64,000 nt of DNA from Nitrosopumilus sp. (GTDB taxonomy: Archaea > Thermoproteota > Nitrososphaeria > Nitrososphaerales > Nitrosopumilaceae). The notes under the pieces were generated by a model, which was not told the origin of the DNA, made no database searches, and saw only the letters and a list, made by a program, of their open reading frames with translations. Shown one piece after another: positions 40,914 to 50,691 of the stretch. Position 1 is the first letter of the stretch. Each line of letters opens with the position of its first letter. The position numbers and the translations under genes are program-made. The stretch spans positions 1,504,001 through 1,568,000 of the forward strand of contig OZ252243.1 in the NCBI GenBank assembly GCA_965249555.1. Reading direction: 5' to 3'.

Positions 40914-42179
40914 CTAGTCTGCCTGATTCTGTTTTTTATAGTCAAATAGTTTGCTTGCCAACTCCACTACATCAGGATTGCCTTGCTCTGATGCTTTTCG
41001 TATATTGTTCATTGGAGTTGAAACAATGCTTTCAACAACTGCCTTTGTTAATTCCTCAATAATCTTGATCTTTTTCTCATCTTTTTCACCAAGCATTTGA
41101 AGTGCTTTTTGTAATTCTTTTTCTCTAAGATTCTCTATCTTTTTGAATACTTCTTTTACCAGTGGTTCTGCATCCAGTCTTTTCATTGAGGCTTCTAATA
41201 CAGTTACTTCCTCGTTAATTATATTTTCAATGGTTTTGACCTTGTTTAATCGCGCCTTCATGTTCTTTTCAACCATCTCTGCAATTTGGTCGAGATTCAT
41301 CAATTTTACTCCACCAATAGTTGCAACTTTCTCATCAACTGTTCTTGGATTTGATAAATCTAAAATCATCATTCCATTGTTTTTGTCTTTCATAGCGTCC
41401 ATAATTTTTTCATGTGTTACAAGAAAATATGGTGCAGTTGTTGCCACAAACAACACGTTATAATTTTCAAATCCTGAAAGAACTTCTTCAAATTTGATTG
41501 GGGTTCCGCCCATTGTCTCACAAAATGCCTGTGATCTTCCAATGGTTCTACTTGCAACATCAAATGCATATCCTCTTCTTTGTAATGATTTTGCAACTAG
41601 AGTGGACACTTCCCCCGTTCCAATTAATAAAATTCTCTTTGTCTTTAATTCATCAATGTTTTCTTCTGCAAGTTTTACTGCCATGGAGCCAACTGAAATT
41701 CCGCCACGACCAATTCCACTAGAATTTCTAATTCTAGTTCCAATTCTAATTGCTTTATCAAATAAGGTGTTGAGATGTTTTCCTGACGCTTTTATCTCTC
41801 TAGCAGAAGTAATGGAATTTTTTATCTGGCCTAGAATCTGCTCTTCTCCTAATACCATGGAATCTAATCCTGATGTTAATTTTAACAGATGATGTAGTGC
41901 CTCTTGGTTTTCAACAAACTCCATATTTTCATCAAATGTCTCTTCTTCTAGTCCAGTAAGTGATGCCCATGTTTTCTTGATTTTATCTAGATCATATGTT
42001 TTTGATTTACCAAATAATTCAATTCTGTTGCATGTTTGAATAATTACACATTCATCTAGTCCTGAATGCTTTTTGAATTGCTCATATGCATTTTCCATAT
42101 TTTTTATTGTGAACTTTTCAAGAATGTGGATTGGTGAATTACGAAAAGTTACACGTGCATTGATGATATTTTGATTCAT
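40914..42179 (-). CDS. hemA: Glutamyl-tRNA reductase
   Basis: QTCNRIE, SGLDSMVLGEEQILGQ, DLSNPR. Confidence 0.95.
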   Translation of the reverse strand: MNQNIINARVTFRNSPIHILEKFTIKNMENAYEQFKKHSGLDECVIIQTCNRIELFGKSKTYDLDKIKKTWASLTGLEEETFDENMEFVENQEALHHLLKLTSGLDSMVLGEEQILGQIKNSITSAREIKASGKHLNTLFDKAIRIGTRIRNSSGIGRGGISVGSMAVKLAEENIDELKTKRILLIGTGEVSTLVAKSLQRRGYAFDVASRTIGRSQAFCETMGGTPIKFEEVLSGFENYNVLFVATTAPYFLVTHEKIMDAMKDKNNGMMILDLSNPRTVDEKVATIGGVKLMNLDQIAEMVEKNMKARLNKVKTIENIINEEVTVLEASMKRLDAEPLVKEVFKKIENLREKELQKALQMLGEKDEKKIKIIEELTKAVVESIVSTPMNNIRKASEQGNPDVVELASKLFDYKKQNQAD

Positions 42180-42829
42180 TTCCACTTCCTCAATATTGTG
42201 ATGGCTTGCCTTTCGGCTTTTTTCAACTGTCCGTCTTTTATTAACTGTTCAATCTCTTTGTCAGCCATGATGCTCTGAAGATATTTTTTTCTCCGAGTTT
42301 GAGTGTGTATACTTTGTTTTGCTAGTTTTCTTGCGATCTGTTGGATCTTAATTTGAGCAATGTCTTCTTTTGTGATGATCTTTTTGAATATTTTCTCTGA
42401 TTGAATTCTAATCTTTTTTGACATTGCTGGACTGCGACCCCCTGTAAAAATTGCAATTTGAATCATATTTTCAAAATCAATTATTGCAGGATTTGAAAAG
42501 TCGCTGTCTTCTGGATTATCAGAACTATATACAATAATGTTCTTTCTTTTTGCACTGTTGATGATTTTTTGATTTAGTTTTTTATCATTGGTGGTTGTGA
42601 TGATGATGTTTGGTTTGAATTTTGAAATAAATTTTGTATCTTGAATTTTTTGTTTTTTCAATTTAATCTTCTTTGTTTTTACCAATTTGTTAATTTGTGA
42701 GTTAATTGAATCACTAATTATTAGAATATCACAATCTTGTTTTAACAATGAATTGATTCTTTTTTCTGCCTCATTTCCGCCACCAATAATCACTACTGTT
42801 TTGCCGTGAAGATTTAGATCAACTATCAA
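42176..42829 (-). CDS. Precorrin-2 dehydrogenase / sirohydrochlorin ferrochelatase (SirC/Met8p-like)
   Basis: IIGGGNEA, DNPEDSDFSNPA, IAIFTGGRSP. Confidence 0.88.
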   Translation of the reverse strand: MIVDLNLHGKTVVIIGGGNEAEKRINSLLKQDCDILIISDSINSQINKLVKTKKIKLKKQKIQDTKFISKFKPNIIITTTNDKKLNQKIINSAKRKNIIVYSSDNPEDSDFSNPAIIDFENMIQIAIFTGGRSPAMSKKIRIQSEKIFKKIITKEDIAQIKIQQIARKLAKQSIHTQTRRKKYLQSIMADKEIEQLIKDGQLKKAERQAITILRKWK

Positions 42830-42932
42830 CGATCAAAAAGACTAGAGTTTCTATTTATGTATTAAAAATCAATGCGTAAAATGCCAGCTACATTTTTAAT
42901 TGAATGTACAAGTTATTGACATATTGACTTCT

Positions 42933-43949
42933 ATGGATGAATTAGATAAGGAACTTCTCAATGAAATTCAATGGACGTTTCCACTTGTAACCCGACCTTT
43001 TGATGCTATTGCTAAAAAATTTGATACTACTCCAGAAATTATCAAAGAGCATCTAAATAATCTGAAAGAAGTTGGCATTCTGAGACAACTAAGTGCAATT
43101 TTTGATACCAGAAAACTTGGTTACACAAGTTCTCTTGTTGCAATGGAGATTGAACATGATAAATTAGAACATGTTGCAAATCAAATTAATCGTCATCCCG
43201 GTGTTAGCCATAATTATGAGCGTGAACACCAGTTTAATCTTTGGTTTACTTTGGCTGTTCCGCCTGGTGCAGATTTGAAGACAGAAATTGACAAATTCAA
43301 TGTTCTCAAAGGAATCAAAAAGGTACGAATACTTCCTACACTACAACTATTCAAGATTGGTGTAAAGCTTGACATGGTAGATGAAAAGAAACACGAGATT
43401 GCACCAACTGAAGAAAAAAAAGAGATTAAAAATATAAAATTTGAACCAACTGAAGACGATAAAAACTTTATTCGTGAATTACAAAAAGACATGGAAATCA
43501 TTGATGAGCCATTTGTAAAGGCTGCAAAGAATCTAGGAATTACTGAAAATGAATTGTTTGAAAAAATGAAACACTATGAAGACAATGGGGTGATGAGAAG
43601 ATTTGCAGCAATCTTAAGACATAGACAAGTTGGATTTACTGCAAATGGAATGATAGTTTGGAAAGTTCCTGAAGATAAAATATCTGAAGTTGGAGAAAAG
43701 CTAGGAGCATTTCCTCAAGTTAGTCATTGCTATGAGCGACCTACATATCCTGATTGGCCATACAATGTATTTTCAATGATTCATTGTAAAACTCAAGATG
43801 AAGCACATGAGATGGCAAAGACAATACAAGACCAAATCCATGTTCCTGAATACGACATTCTCTTTAGTTCACGTGAATTCAAAAAAGTACGAGTTGAATA
43901 TTTCGTAGAAAAATCCTTTTCATTCGAAGAGACTATACCTGCTTCTTAG
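42933..43949 (+). CDS. ahbAB: Fused siroheme decarboxylase AhbA/AhbB (NirDL-type, Lrp/AsnC fold)
   Basis: FPLVTRPF, VSHNYER...NLWFT, ANGMIVW, VSHCYER...WPYNVFSMIH. Confidence 0.88.
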   Translation: MDELDKELLNEIQWTFPLVTRPFDAIAKKFDTTPEIIKEHLNNLKEVGILRQLSAIFDTRKLGYTSSLVAMEIEHDKLEHVANQINRHPGVSHNYEREHQFNLWFTLAVPPGADLKTEIDKFNVLKGIKKVRILPTLQLFKIGVKLDMVDEKKHEIAPTEEKKEIKNIKFEPTEDDKNFIRELQKDMEIIDEPFVKAAKNLGITENELFEKMKHYEDNGVMRRFAAILRHRQVGFTANGMIVWKVPEDKISEVGEKLGAFPQVSHCYERPTYPDWPYNVFSMIHCKTQDEAHEMAKTIQDQIHVPEYDILFSSREFKKVRVEYFVEKSFSFEETIPAS

Positions 43950-44284
43950 AATTCATTCTCATCGTGTCCAACAATATGTTCTGTACAAAAATACTGATCA
44001 TTCATGTTACAATAGTATAGAGAATTCCCACCGCATACTTTGCATGGGGGTTTTTCATCTTGCTTTGATAGTTTTGTATGATATATCTTACTTCTGCTAG
44101 TGATGGCTGAATCTTTGTAAATTCTTGTCAGATTTGTATAGTATTCTAGTTCTACTGGGTTTAGTGGCTGTTTATTTTTGATTTTTTTAATAATTTTTTC
44201 CCATTTGTCGTACTTGCCAATTTTGGCAAGCTTCATTCTCTCTATAACTTCAAGTGTTTTTTGTGAATCAATTGGAATGTCCAT
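43946..44284 (-). CDS. Hypothetical protein with C-terminal B-box-like Zn finger
   Basis: CKVC...C...FCTEH...H. Confidence 0.65.
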   Translation of the reverse strand: MDIPIDSQKTLEVIERMKLAKIGKYDKWEKIIKKIKNKQPLNPVELEYYTNLTRIYKDSAITSRSKIYHTKLSKQDEKPPCKVCGGNSLYYCNMNDQYFCTEHIVGHDENEF

Positions 44285-44291
44285 CTGGTGT

Positions 44292-45290
44292 TTAATTTGC
44301 TTGAGGTGTTGCCTTTAATTCATACGAAGGCCATGTATTGTACAACTCTTCAATCTCTTTCATATCTGAGTTTGAAATGTATCCCCCTTTAGTCATTTCA
44401 ACATAATTGATTATTTCTTCTTCACTTACCATTGTAGGAAATACTGATGCAAATCCTTTCTTTGTCATGATGAATTTCATCGCCAATTCTGTAATGGTTA
44501 ATTCATTTCTTTCTGCAATTGATCTTATCTGCTCAACTTTTTCTAATGATGCCTTAATCCATTCTCCTTTTCTTACTGATCTGTGATCCTTTTCATCAAT
44601 TTTGGTATCTGCATTTACTTTTCCTGTTAGTATTCCTGATGCTTCTGGAACTCTAACTAGAATTCCAACATTTTTTTCTTCAGCTTTTCTCATCAATTCA
44701 TTTCCAGGAGTTTGCTCTAAGATATTGTAAACTGTTTGAACTGCACTGAGATTTGGTCTATCCATTGCCTCTAAACCTTCTTGTGTCCAACCAATTGCAG
44801 GGCCTAGTGCTACTTGGTATGTTTTGATGGATTCATCTGCAACAAAACTATCAAGCACATTAAAAATTGAATCATCTCTTATGTGAGTTAGTTTTGGATT
44901 ATGCAAACCATACATGTCAAGACGGTCTGTTTGTAATCTCTCTAAACTATTTCTTAATGCCTTTCTTGTAAAGTCTTCATCAAATTTCTGCGGAAGCTCT
45001 GTGTGTCCAATTTGCTCTACACCTTCAAAATCATAACCATATTTTGTAGAAATAACAATCTCATCTCTCATGTCTTTGAAAACTTCACCAATTAGTCTCT
45101 CACTTTTTCCTTTACCATACATATCTCCTGTCTCAAAAAGATTAATTCCTAAATCATATGCTTTTTTGAGCATTCTTTTTGCTTCATCTTCTTCAATTTT
45201 CTTACCCCACCAATCAAGCGCAATGGCCCATGCACCAAATCCTAATTCTGATACTTTGATGTCTGTTTTTCCTAGTTTATTGTAATTCAA
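44292..45290 (-). CDS. Aldo/keto reductase
   Basis: VSELGFGAW, GDMYGKGKSE, STKYG, SLERLQTD. Confidence 0.9.
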   Translation of the reverse strand: MNYNKLGKTDIKVSELGFGAWAIALDWWGKKIEEDEAKRMLKKAYDLGINLFETGDMYGKGKSERLIGEVFKDMRDEIVISTKYGYDFEGVEQIGHTELPQKFDEDFTRKALRNSLERLQTDRLDMYGLHNPKLTHIRDDSIFNVLDSFVADESIKTYQVALGPAIGWTQEGLEAMDRPNLSAVQTVYNILEQTPGNELMRKAEEKNVGILVRVPEASGILTGKVNADTKIDEKDHRSVRKGEWIKASLEKVEQIRSIAERNELTITELAMKFIMTKKGFASVFPTMVSEEEIINYVEMTKGGYISNSDMKEIEELYNTWPSYELKATPQAN

Positions 45291-45407
45291 TTCTCTGTCT
45301 CCATTTGAAATTTCATCATTTATGTTTATCCGAGATTTTCATCATTGATTGTTGAGTATTATACGGAAAATATTTTGATTGTAGTTTGAATAATTTTTGT
45401 GAAAAAT

Positions 45408-46082
45408 TTAGCCCATACTTGTAATTAGCGGGATGATATCCTTTTTGACACATACAATCATCGGAATGTCATTTTTTACATATGTAGATACTTGAGTTTC
45501 TCTCAAATCCATGATAAGGTCTTGGAAATCTCTGATATCATCTACTTCAAATGCTAACATGAAATCCTCATCATGAATTCCAAAGGAGTATGTTGTGTTT
45601 AGTATTATTTGTGGATATTTTTTACTCACTCCTATATGCTCATCCATTATCTCTTGGCGTTTTTCTTTTGGTAATAGATACCACTCTCTTGTTTTAGTAA
45701 ATGGATATACTATTACGTGTTTTTTCGGTTCGGTTCCTGATAGAAAACCAAGCGCTTTTTGTTCTTGTACATATAGTGATGGTCGTGTACATGACAAATA
45801 TGTCCTAGATGGTATGATGTATTTTCCAAATACTGTTTTGTATAATTTTTCAATTACTATTTGAATTTCATCAACTGTTTTTGCAGCAAACCAAAACATA
45901 AAGTCGGCATCATCTCTTAATCCTAGATTTGAATAAGACCTAAACATTATTCCTGAATTTTTAATTATATTTTCAACCTCTTTTGCAGATTCTTCTTTTG
46001 CCAAGTCTGCCATCCATCTCCATTTGGGATCAACTTTGAAAAATGAGAAATTAAAATAATATTGATCATTGTCTTCTGACAT
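45408..46082 (-). CDS. Chlorite-dismutase-superfamily protein, likely coproheme decarboxylase (ChdC/HemQ-like)
   Basis: YPFTK...WYLL...IMDEH...TTYSFGIHDEDF...DLRETQ. Confidence 0.8.
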   Translation of the reverse strand: MSEDNDQYYFNFSFFKVDPKWRWMADLAKEESAKEVENIIKNSGIMFRSYSNLGLRDDADFMFWFAAKTVDEIQIVIEKLYKTVFGKYIIPSRTYLSCTRPSLYVQEQKALGFLSGTEPKKHVIVYPFTKTREWYLLPKEKRQEIMDEHIGVSKKYPQIILNTTYSFGIHDEDFMLAFEVDDIRDFQDLIMDLRETQVSTYVKNDIPMIVCVKKDIIPLITSMG

Positions 46083-46128
46083 GTTTTCTCCAATTTTGAA
46101 ACCCTATTTAAACAAAAAACTAAATTCT

Positions 46129-46341
46129 CTATTGTAGAATCTCAATAATTTTCTGTTTAGATTTGTGGCCTGATTTTATATGTACAAGTGCAGTTGATAC
46201 TCCAAAATATTTTGCCAATTTTTTGATGATTTCTTTATTAGCTTCTCCTTTGATTGGTTTTGATTTTATTCCAATGTTAATTTGATTGTCTTTGATTTCG
46301 AGAAATTCTTTAGAAAATTCCACTTTAACTTTGTAAATCAA
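46129..46341 (-). CDS. DUF167 (YggU) protein
   Basis: PIKGEANKEIIKKLAKYF...IKSGHKSKQK. Confidence 0.85.
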   Translation of the reverse strand: MIYKVKVEFSKEFLEIKDNQINIGIKSKPIKGEANKEIIKKLAKYFGVSTALVHIKSGHKSKQKIIEILQ

Positions 46342-46375
46342 TAGTTTTTTGAAAAAATGTTTTATTTAAATTTGA

Positions 46376-47146
46376 TTAGGCTGTTTGTTTTATGACCCAC
46401 TCATAACCCTCTGCTTCTAGTTTGTCTGCAAGGGTTGCATCACCTGTTTTCATGACTTGTCCTTCTGCAAATACATGTACATAGTCTAGTTTGTCTAAGA
46501 ATTTTAGAATTCTAGCATAGTGTGTAATTATGATTGTTGTTGCCTCTTTTCCAGAAACTTGACTGATTGCTTTTGCTACTGCTTGAACTGCATCAATATC
46601 TAAACCTGAATCTGGTTCATCTAAAATTGCAATCTTTGGTTTTAGTACTGCCATTTGCAAAACTTCTGCACGTTTCTTTTCCCCTCCAGAAAATCCTTCA
46701 TTAAGATATCTTGATAGAAATTCTTCTTTCAATCCTACTTTAGCTAAATTCTCTTTTAGATATTTTTGAAACTCTCTTACTGTAATGAAGACTTCTCTGT
46801 CGTCTCCTTCAAGTGCTTTACTTAACGAGTTGTAAGCTGTTCTAAGAAAGTGAGAAAATCCTACACCTGAAACTTCTGTTGGATATTGAAATCCTAAGAA
46901 TAATCCTTTCTTTGCTCTCTCATCTGCCTTTAAATCTAAAATGCTCTCACCATCAATCAAAATATCTCCTTTTGTAACTTGATATTTTGGATGTCCTAGT
47001 AATGTGTAAGCTAGTGTACTTTTTCCTGAACCGTTTGGTCCCATGATGGCATGTACTTCTCCAGGACCTGTCTTTAGATTGACTCCCTTGAGAATTTCTT
47101 TGCCTTCTCTTGTTACATGAAGGTCTCTAATTTCTAATACTGCCAT
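46376..47146 (-). CDS. sufC: Fe-S cluster assembly ATPase SufC
   Basis: MGPNGSGKSTL, FQYP, NEGFSGGEKKR, DEPDSGLDIDA. Confidence 0.95.
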   Translation of the reverse strand: MAVLEIRDLHVTREGKEILKGVNLKTGPGEVHAIMGPNGSGKSTLAYTLLGHPKYQVTKGDILIDGESILDLKADERAKKGLFLGFQYPTEVSGVGFSHFLRTAYNSLSKALEGDDREVFITVREFQKYLKENLAKVGLKEEFLSRYLNEGFSGGEKKRAEVLQMAVLKPKIAILDEPDSGLDIDAVQAVAKAISQVSGKEATTIIITHYARILKFLDKLDYVHVFAEGQVMKTGDATLADKLEAEGYEWVIKQTA

Positions 47147-47187
47147 GTTGCGCTGTATTTCACTTCAATATATAATGCCGACGAAAT

Positions 47188-47201
47188 TTAGCTAATCCTA
47201 A
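47188..47201. promoter_or_regulatory. TTAGC-N4-CCTAA box upstream of the sufC TATA box
   Basis: TTAGCtaatCCTAA, about 12 bp upstream (minus sense) of TTATATAT. Confidence 0.5.
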
Positions 47202-47246
47202 CAGTAATTCTTGATAATAAAATGAAAAAGGGGGGGGGGTGTAATG

Positions 47247-48197
47247 TTAGGCCAGAGTTGGTCTCAAAGTGATTTTGAGTTTGTAACATGTTAGAATCTC
47301 TTTACATCTATTTCTGATAGTGACCTCTGTGACGCCTGCAACACTTGAAACGTCTCTTTGAAGTACGTTTTGTCCCAGTAGGACTGATGCGACATACAGA
47401 TATGCTGCTGCAATTCCATTTGGTGCCTTTCCATCTGAAATGCTACTATCTTTGGTTTTTTCTGCAATTTCCAAGGCTAGTCTTTCAACTCTAACCTCAG
47501 TTTGTGTCATGTTTGCTATCTTTGAGATGTATTTGTCCATGGTTACAACTGGGGCAGTTAATTGTCCCATTTCCATTACCATGGTTCTATAGTATCTTGC
47601 TGCAAGTTTTGTTTTTGATTTAACATCTTTTGCTGGACAAATTCCTCGACAAATTTCTTCTAGTGATCTTACTACTGCACATTGTTTGCATGCCATGTAA
47701 ATTGTAGCAGCTGTAATACTAACTACTGTTCTTCCCTTCACATCAACATGTCCATCCAAGTTTCTGTATATCATAGAAGCAGTTTCCAACACATTCTTTG
47801 AAAGACTAAGACCATCACATGTCTCGCCCATTTTTGCTAAAACATTTGCAAGTCTTCTTTCTTTTGGTGAGGAAACTCGTATTCTCTGTTGCCATTTTCT
47901 GAGATTGTGCATTTGATTTGCAACTTCGTGGTTGATTGTTTTTCCACTAAAGTCCTTTGCACTAATTGAAATCTCAGTTGTTATTCCCAAGTCATGTTGA
48001 GAATAAGTTGTTTGTCCGGTTGCTCTTGCTAATCTCATTTTGTCTTCAAGATTCGAACTAATTGTTTCTGGACCACTATCTGCAATCTGATCAGCGACTA
48101 CAACGCCACAACCAGAGCAGATTATTTCACCATTCTGCATGTCATCAACTAATGTTGATTTACATTCAGGACAGTTTTGGGTTTCTAGTATGTTCAT
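47247..48197 (-). CDS. tfb: Transcription initiation factor IIB (TFB)
   Basis: CPEC...CSGCG Zn ribbon; LRKWQ; GVTEVTIRNR. Confidence 0.95.
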   Translation of the reverse strand: MNILETQNCPECKSTLVDDMQNGEIICSGCGVVVADQIADSGPETISSNLEDKMRLARATGQTTYSQHDLGITTEISISAKDFSGKTINHEVANQMHNLRKWQQRIRVSSPKERRLANVLAKMGETCDGLSLSKNVLETASMIYRNLDGHVDVKGRTVVSITAATIYMACKQCAVVRSLEEICRGICPAKDVKSKTKLAARYYRTMVMEMGQLTAPVVTMDKYISKIANMTQTEVRVERLALEIAEKTKDSSISDGKAPNGIAAAYLYVASVLLGQNVLQRDVSSVAGVTEVTIRNRCKEILTCYKLKITLRPTLA

Positions 48198-48463
48198 TTT
48201 TTTCTTCTCCTAAATTTTTTTGGTGTACTTACAGGAGATTGTTCAGATGCGAAAACACTTTTGCCAATGTATTTTTTGATATTATTTGTTAACGGAGTTG
48301 CTGATGCAAATGGTCTACTTACTGGACCAATCAGTTCCATTACTTTTGCAACTCTAGTTCCTTTTCTGTCACAGAGTATTTGTCCTTCAACTAGTTTGTC
48401 TGATAGCTGAATGATTACCCTGCCACTACCGGCTAGGTGCATTATTTCGCCTACCTCCTGCAA
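48194..48463 (-). CDS. gar1: H/ACA RNP protein Gar1
   Basis: VAKVMELIGPVSRPFAS; conserved position upstream of tfb. Confidence 0.8.
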   Translation of the reverse strand: MQEVGEIMHLAGSGRVIIQLSDKLVEGQILCDRKGTRVAKVMELIGPVSRPFASATPLTNNIKKYIGKSVFASEQSPVSTPKKFRRRKK

Positions 48464-48536
48464 TTAAAGATTATAACATGATATTCTTATCATATACTTC
48501 TGTCAACTTTACTTTAGCTAAGAGCTAGATTTGATT

Positions 48537-48836
48537 TTATTTTGACTGTTTTGACCTTTTTAAAATTAGTTTTTCAGAAATTTTGTCAAGTATTATTGTC
48601 TTTGAGGATCCTTTTGGTAAAACAACATATCCTGACCTAACAAATGGTCTTTTTGGAAATCGTACCTTGTCATTTGATTCTGTAATTTCAAATCCTGCAG
48701 CTTTTGTTGCATCAATTAATTCTTTTAATGAAGGATCAAAAACACATTTCTTTAATCCTGCTCTTCTCCCTTTTGATTTTTTTAAATTCTTGTTGAAATA
48801 ATCCAGCCAGATTACGACATGTTCGTAATCTTTCAT
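48537..48836 (-). CDS. srp19: Signal recognition particle protein SRP19
   Basis: VIWLDYFNKNLKKSKGRR...FPKRP...GYVV. Confidence 0.85.
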   Translation of the reverse strand: MKDYEHVVIWLDYFNKNLKKSKGRRAGLKKCVFDPSLKELIDATKAAGFEITESNDKVRFPKRPFVRSGYVVLPKGSSKTIILDKISEKLILKRSKQSK

Positions 48837-48837
48837 C

Positions 48838-49221
48838 TTATTCTTTTAGTAAGACTGCGTTAGCTATTCCGTTTTGTCCTGGTCTAGAAACTATTCTACA
48901 TTTACCTTCTTGTATTTCTAGTATGGCGCCTTTTGTAATAATACCGCGTCTTTTATAATCATTGTTTGTAGCATTATCTAAAACTTTGAGGATTTTTGTT
49001 TTCTTGACTTTGGCATCTCCTGAAGATAAGTTAACAAAATCAATTGATTTCAAAGCTGTCTTTCTATTCTTTCCACGTACGTGTCTTGTTATTGTCACTT
49101 GAGCTCCATTAACTGGTTCATTCGGATATCTGTCAGTTTCATACTTTCGTCTAATTCTAAGTGGATGTCTTCTTCCTCCAGTTATTTTACTAGTTGCTAA
49201 ATTCTCGACGCACTTTCTCAC
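48838..49221 (-). CDS. rps8e: 30S ribosomal protein S8e
   Basis: KITGG...RRKYE...IITKGAI...SRPGQNG. Confidence 0.93.
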   Translation of the reverse strand: MRKCVENLATSKITGGRRHPLRIRRKYETDRYPNEPVNGAQVTITRHVRGKNRKTALKSIDFVNLSSGDAKVKKTKILKVLDNATNNDYKRRGIITKGAILEIQEGKCRIVSRPGQNGIANAVLLKE

Positions 49222-49287
49222 AAAACCTTGTCTGAATTACTCTAATTTATACAAAACGCAAAAAATTAGCCTTGGATTCAAATCTGT

Positions 49288-49866
49288 TTAGTTTAGTTCT
49301 GTAACAATTTGAGGAGTTGGATTTGTTTGTGTCATATTTGCTGTTTTTCTAATTTTGGAGAAAAGTCTTTGTTTTAGATCTTCTGCATCTCCTTGAATTC
49401 CAAAATATTTTTGGAACTTTTCTGATGTTGTGTAAATTTTCAATCTCCCGACATTTTGATGACTGATGTAATCTAATTGTCGTAGTTCTTTTAGATGTGC
49501 ATAAACTCCTGTTCCTCTCACTTCAACTAATTGTCTTGATGAAACCGGTTGCTGAAATGCAATATATGATAATGTCTTTAGTGCCGCATTTGGAAGAACA
49601 GGTTTTGAAGCATATTTTTTTACCGTAGCACTGTATTCTGGTTTTAATTGAAATACATATGATTCATCTGGAAGTATGACCACTTCAAGTGCTTTGAATG
49701 CTGACTTTGTCTTTTTCATAATATTGTTGAGTAATTCTAGTGTCTTTTTTCTTGATTCTGTGCCTGAGGCTCTGATCAAGTCTTCTACCCTGAGAGGTCT
49801 GCCTGCTGAGTAAAGCGCTGCTTCAATTCTTGCTGTTGCCTCATCCATGTTCACAATTTTAGTCAA
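49288..49866 (-). CDS. scpB: SMC-Scp complex subunit ScpB
   Basis: IEAALYSAGRPL, LKTLSYIAFQQPV, VRG, F.KYFG. Confidence 0.9.
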   Translation of the reverse strand: MTKIVNMDEATARIEAALYSAGRPLRVEDLIRASGTESRKKTLELLNNIMKKTKSAFKALEVVILPDESYVFQLKPEYSATVKKYASKPVLPNAALKTLSYIAFQQPVSSRQLVEVRGTGVYAHLKELRQLDYISHQNVGRLKIYTTSEKFQKYFGIQGDAEDLKQRLFSKIRKTANMTQTNPTPQIVTELN

Positions 49867-49919
49867 TTATCTATCACTCCTCTGAAATCTAGTTAAAGAA
49901 ATCTTTTCTCCATAATTGA

Positions 49920-50597
49920 TCAGTTTGTTAATTCCTCTTTTATTACAGTAATTTTGATATCATCTTCGATTTGTTCAAGATCTACCTTTTGGTCTCTGGC
50001 TAAAAATAATATTGCAAAGAAACACCTAATTGAATCTGTTTGATCAAGATCTGCAATAATATCTTGAAGCAATCCAAATCCAGTTAATGAAATTTTTTTC
50101 ATAACCAAATCTTCGTATTTCCCAATGATACTTTCAAGTGAAATAAAATATTCTTGAAAGTCGGGAGCTTCAATTGGTTCAATCTCTAATCGTGTATTTC
50201 TTCTTGATTGAGGATTTGCAATTGTACCTATTAGATTTTGAAGCAATCCCAATAAATCATCTAATGAAACTGGATATGTTGATTCATGCCTAAATGGGAT
50301 GTCAATTAATTCAATATCTACATCTGTTCTTTGGTACATTGGTTTTTTCTCCATTGCCGCTCTTTGTAATGCAAAAATGCTCTCAACTTTCATTCTATAA
50401 ATTAATGATGATGATAGTGCTGCCATTCCTGCAACTTTGAAATCCTTTTTACCTGATTTTTCTAGGATTTTTATTAATAAATTTAAAATTTGAATCAGAT
50501 CAATATCCCAAACGTCTTTTTTGGAAACAGATGAGGGGCTAAATAGGATATTTACTGGATCTTGAGAAATACTATTTGGAGTTTCTGACTCGCCCAT
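49920..50597 (-). CDS. scpA: SMC kleisin ScpA
   Basis: DVWDIDL, FFAILFL...VDLEQ; upstream of scpB. Confidence 0.85.
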   Translation of the reverse strand: MGESETPNSISQDPVNILFSPSSVSKKDVWDIDLIQILNLLIKILEKSGKKDFKVAGMAALSSSLIYRMKVESIFALQRAAMEKKPMYQRTDVDIELIDIPFRHESTYPVSLDDLLGLLQNLIGTIANPQSRRNTRLEIEPIEAPDFQEYFISLESIIGKYEDLVMKKISLTGFGLLQDIIADLDQTDSIRCFFAILFLARDQKVDLEQIEDDIKITVIKEELTN

Positions 50598-50691
50598 ATG
50601 ATAACTTTTATCATATTCAATAATATCTAAGGGCTCTATTTTTCTCTCACTTCCAGTCAACTCTTATATTGTTATGACAAAAAATTAGCCT

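Noticed and set aside
47230-47239. G10 homopolymer as a phase-variation tract
   Set aside because: Intergenic just after the tfb stop, next to a T-tract on the minus strand; more likely terminator-associated
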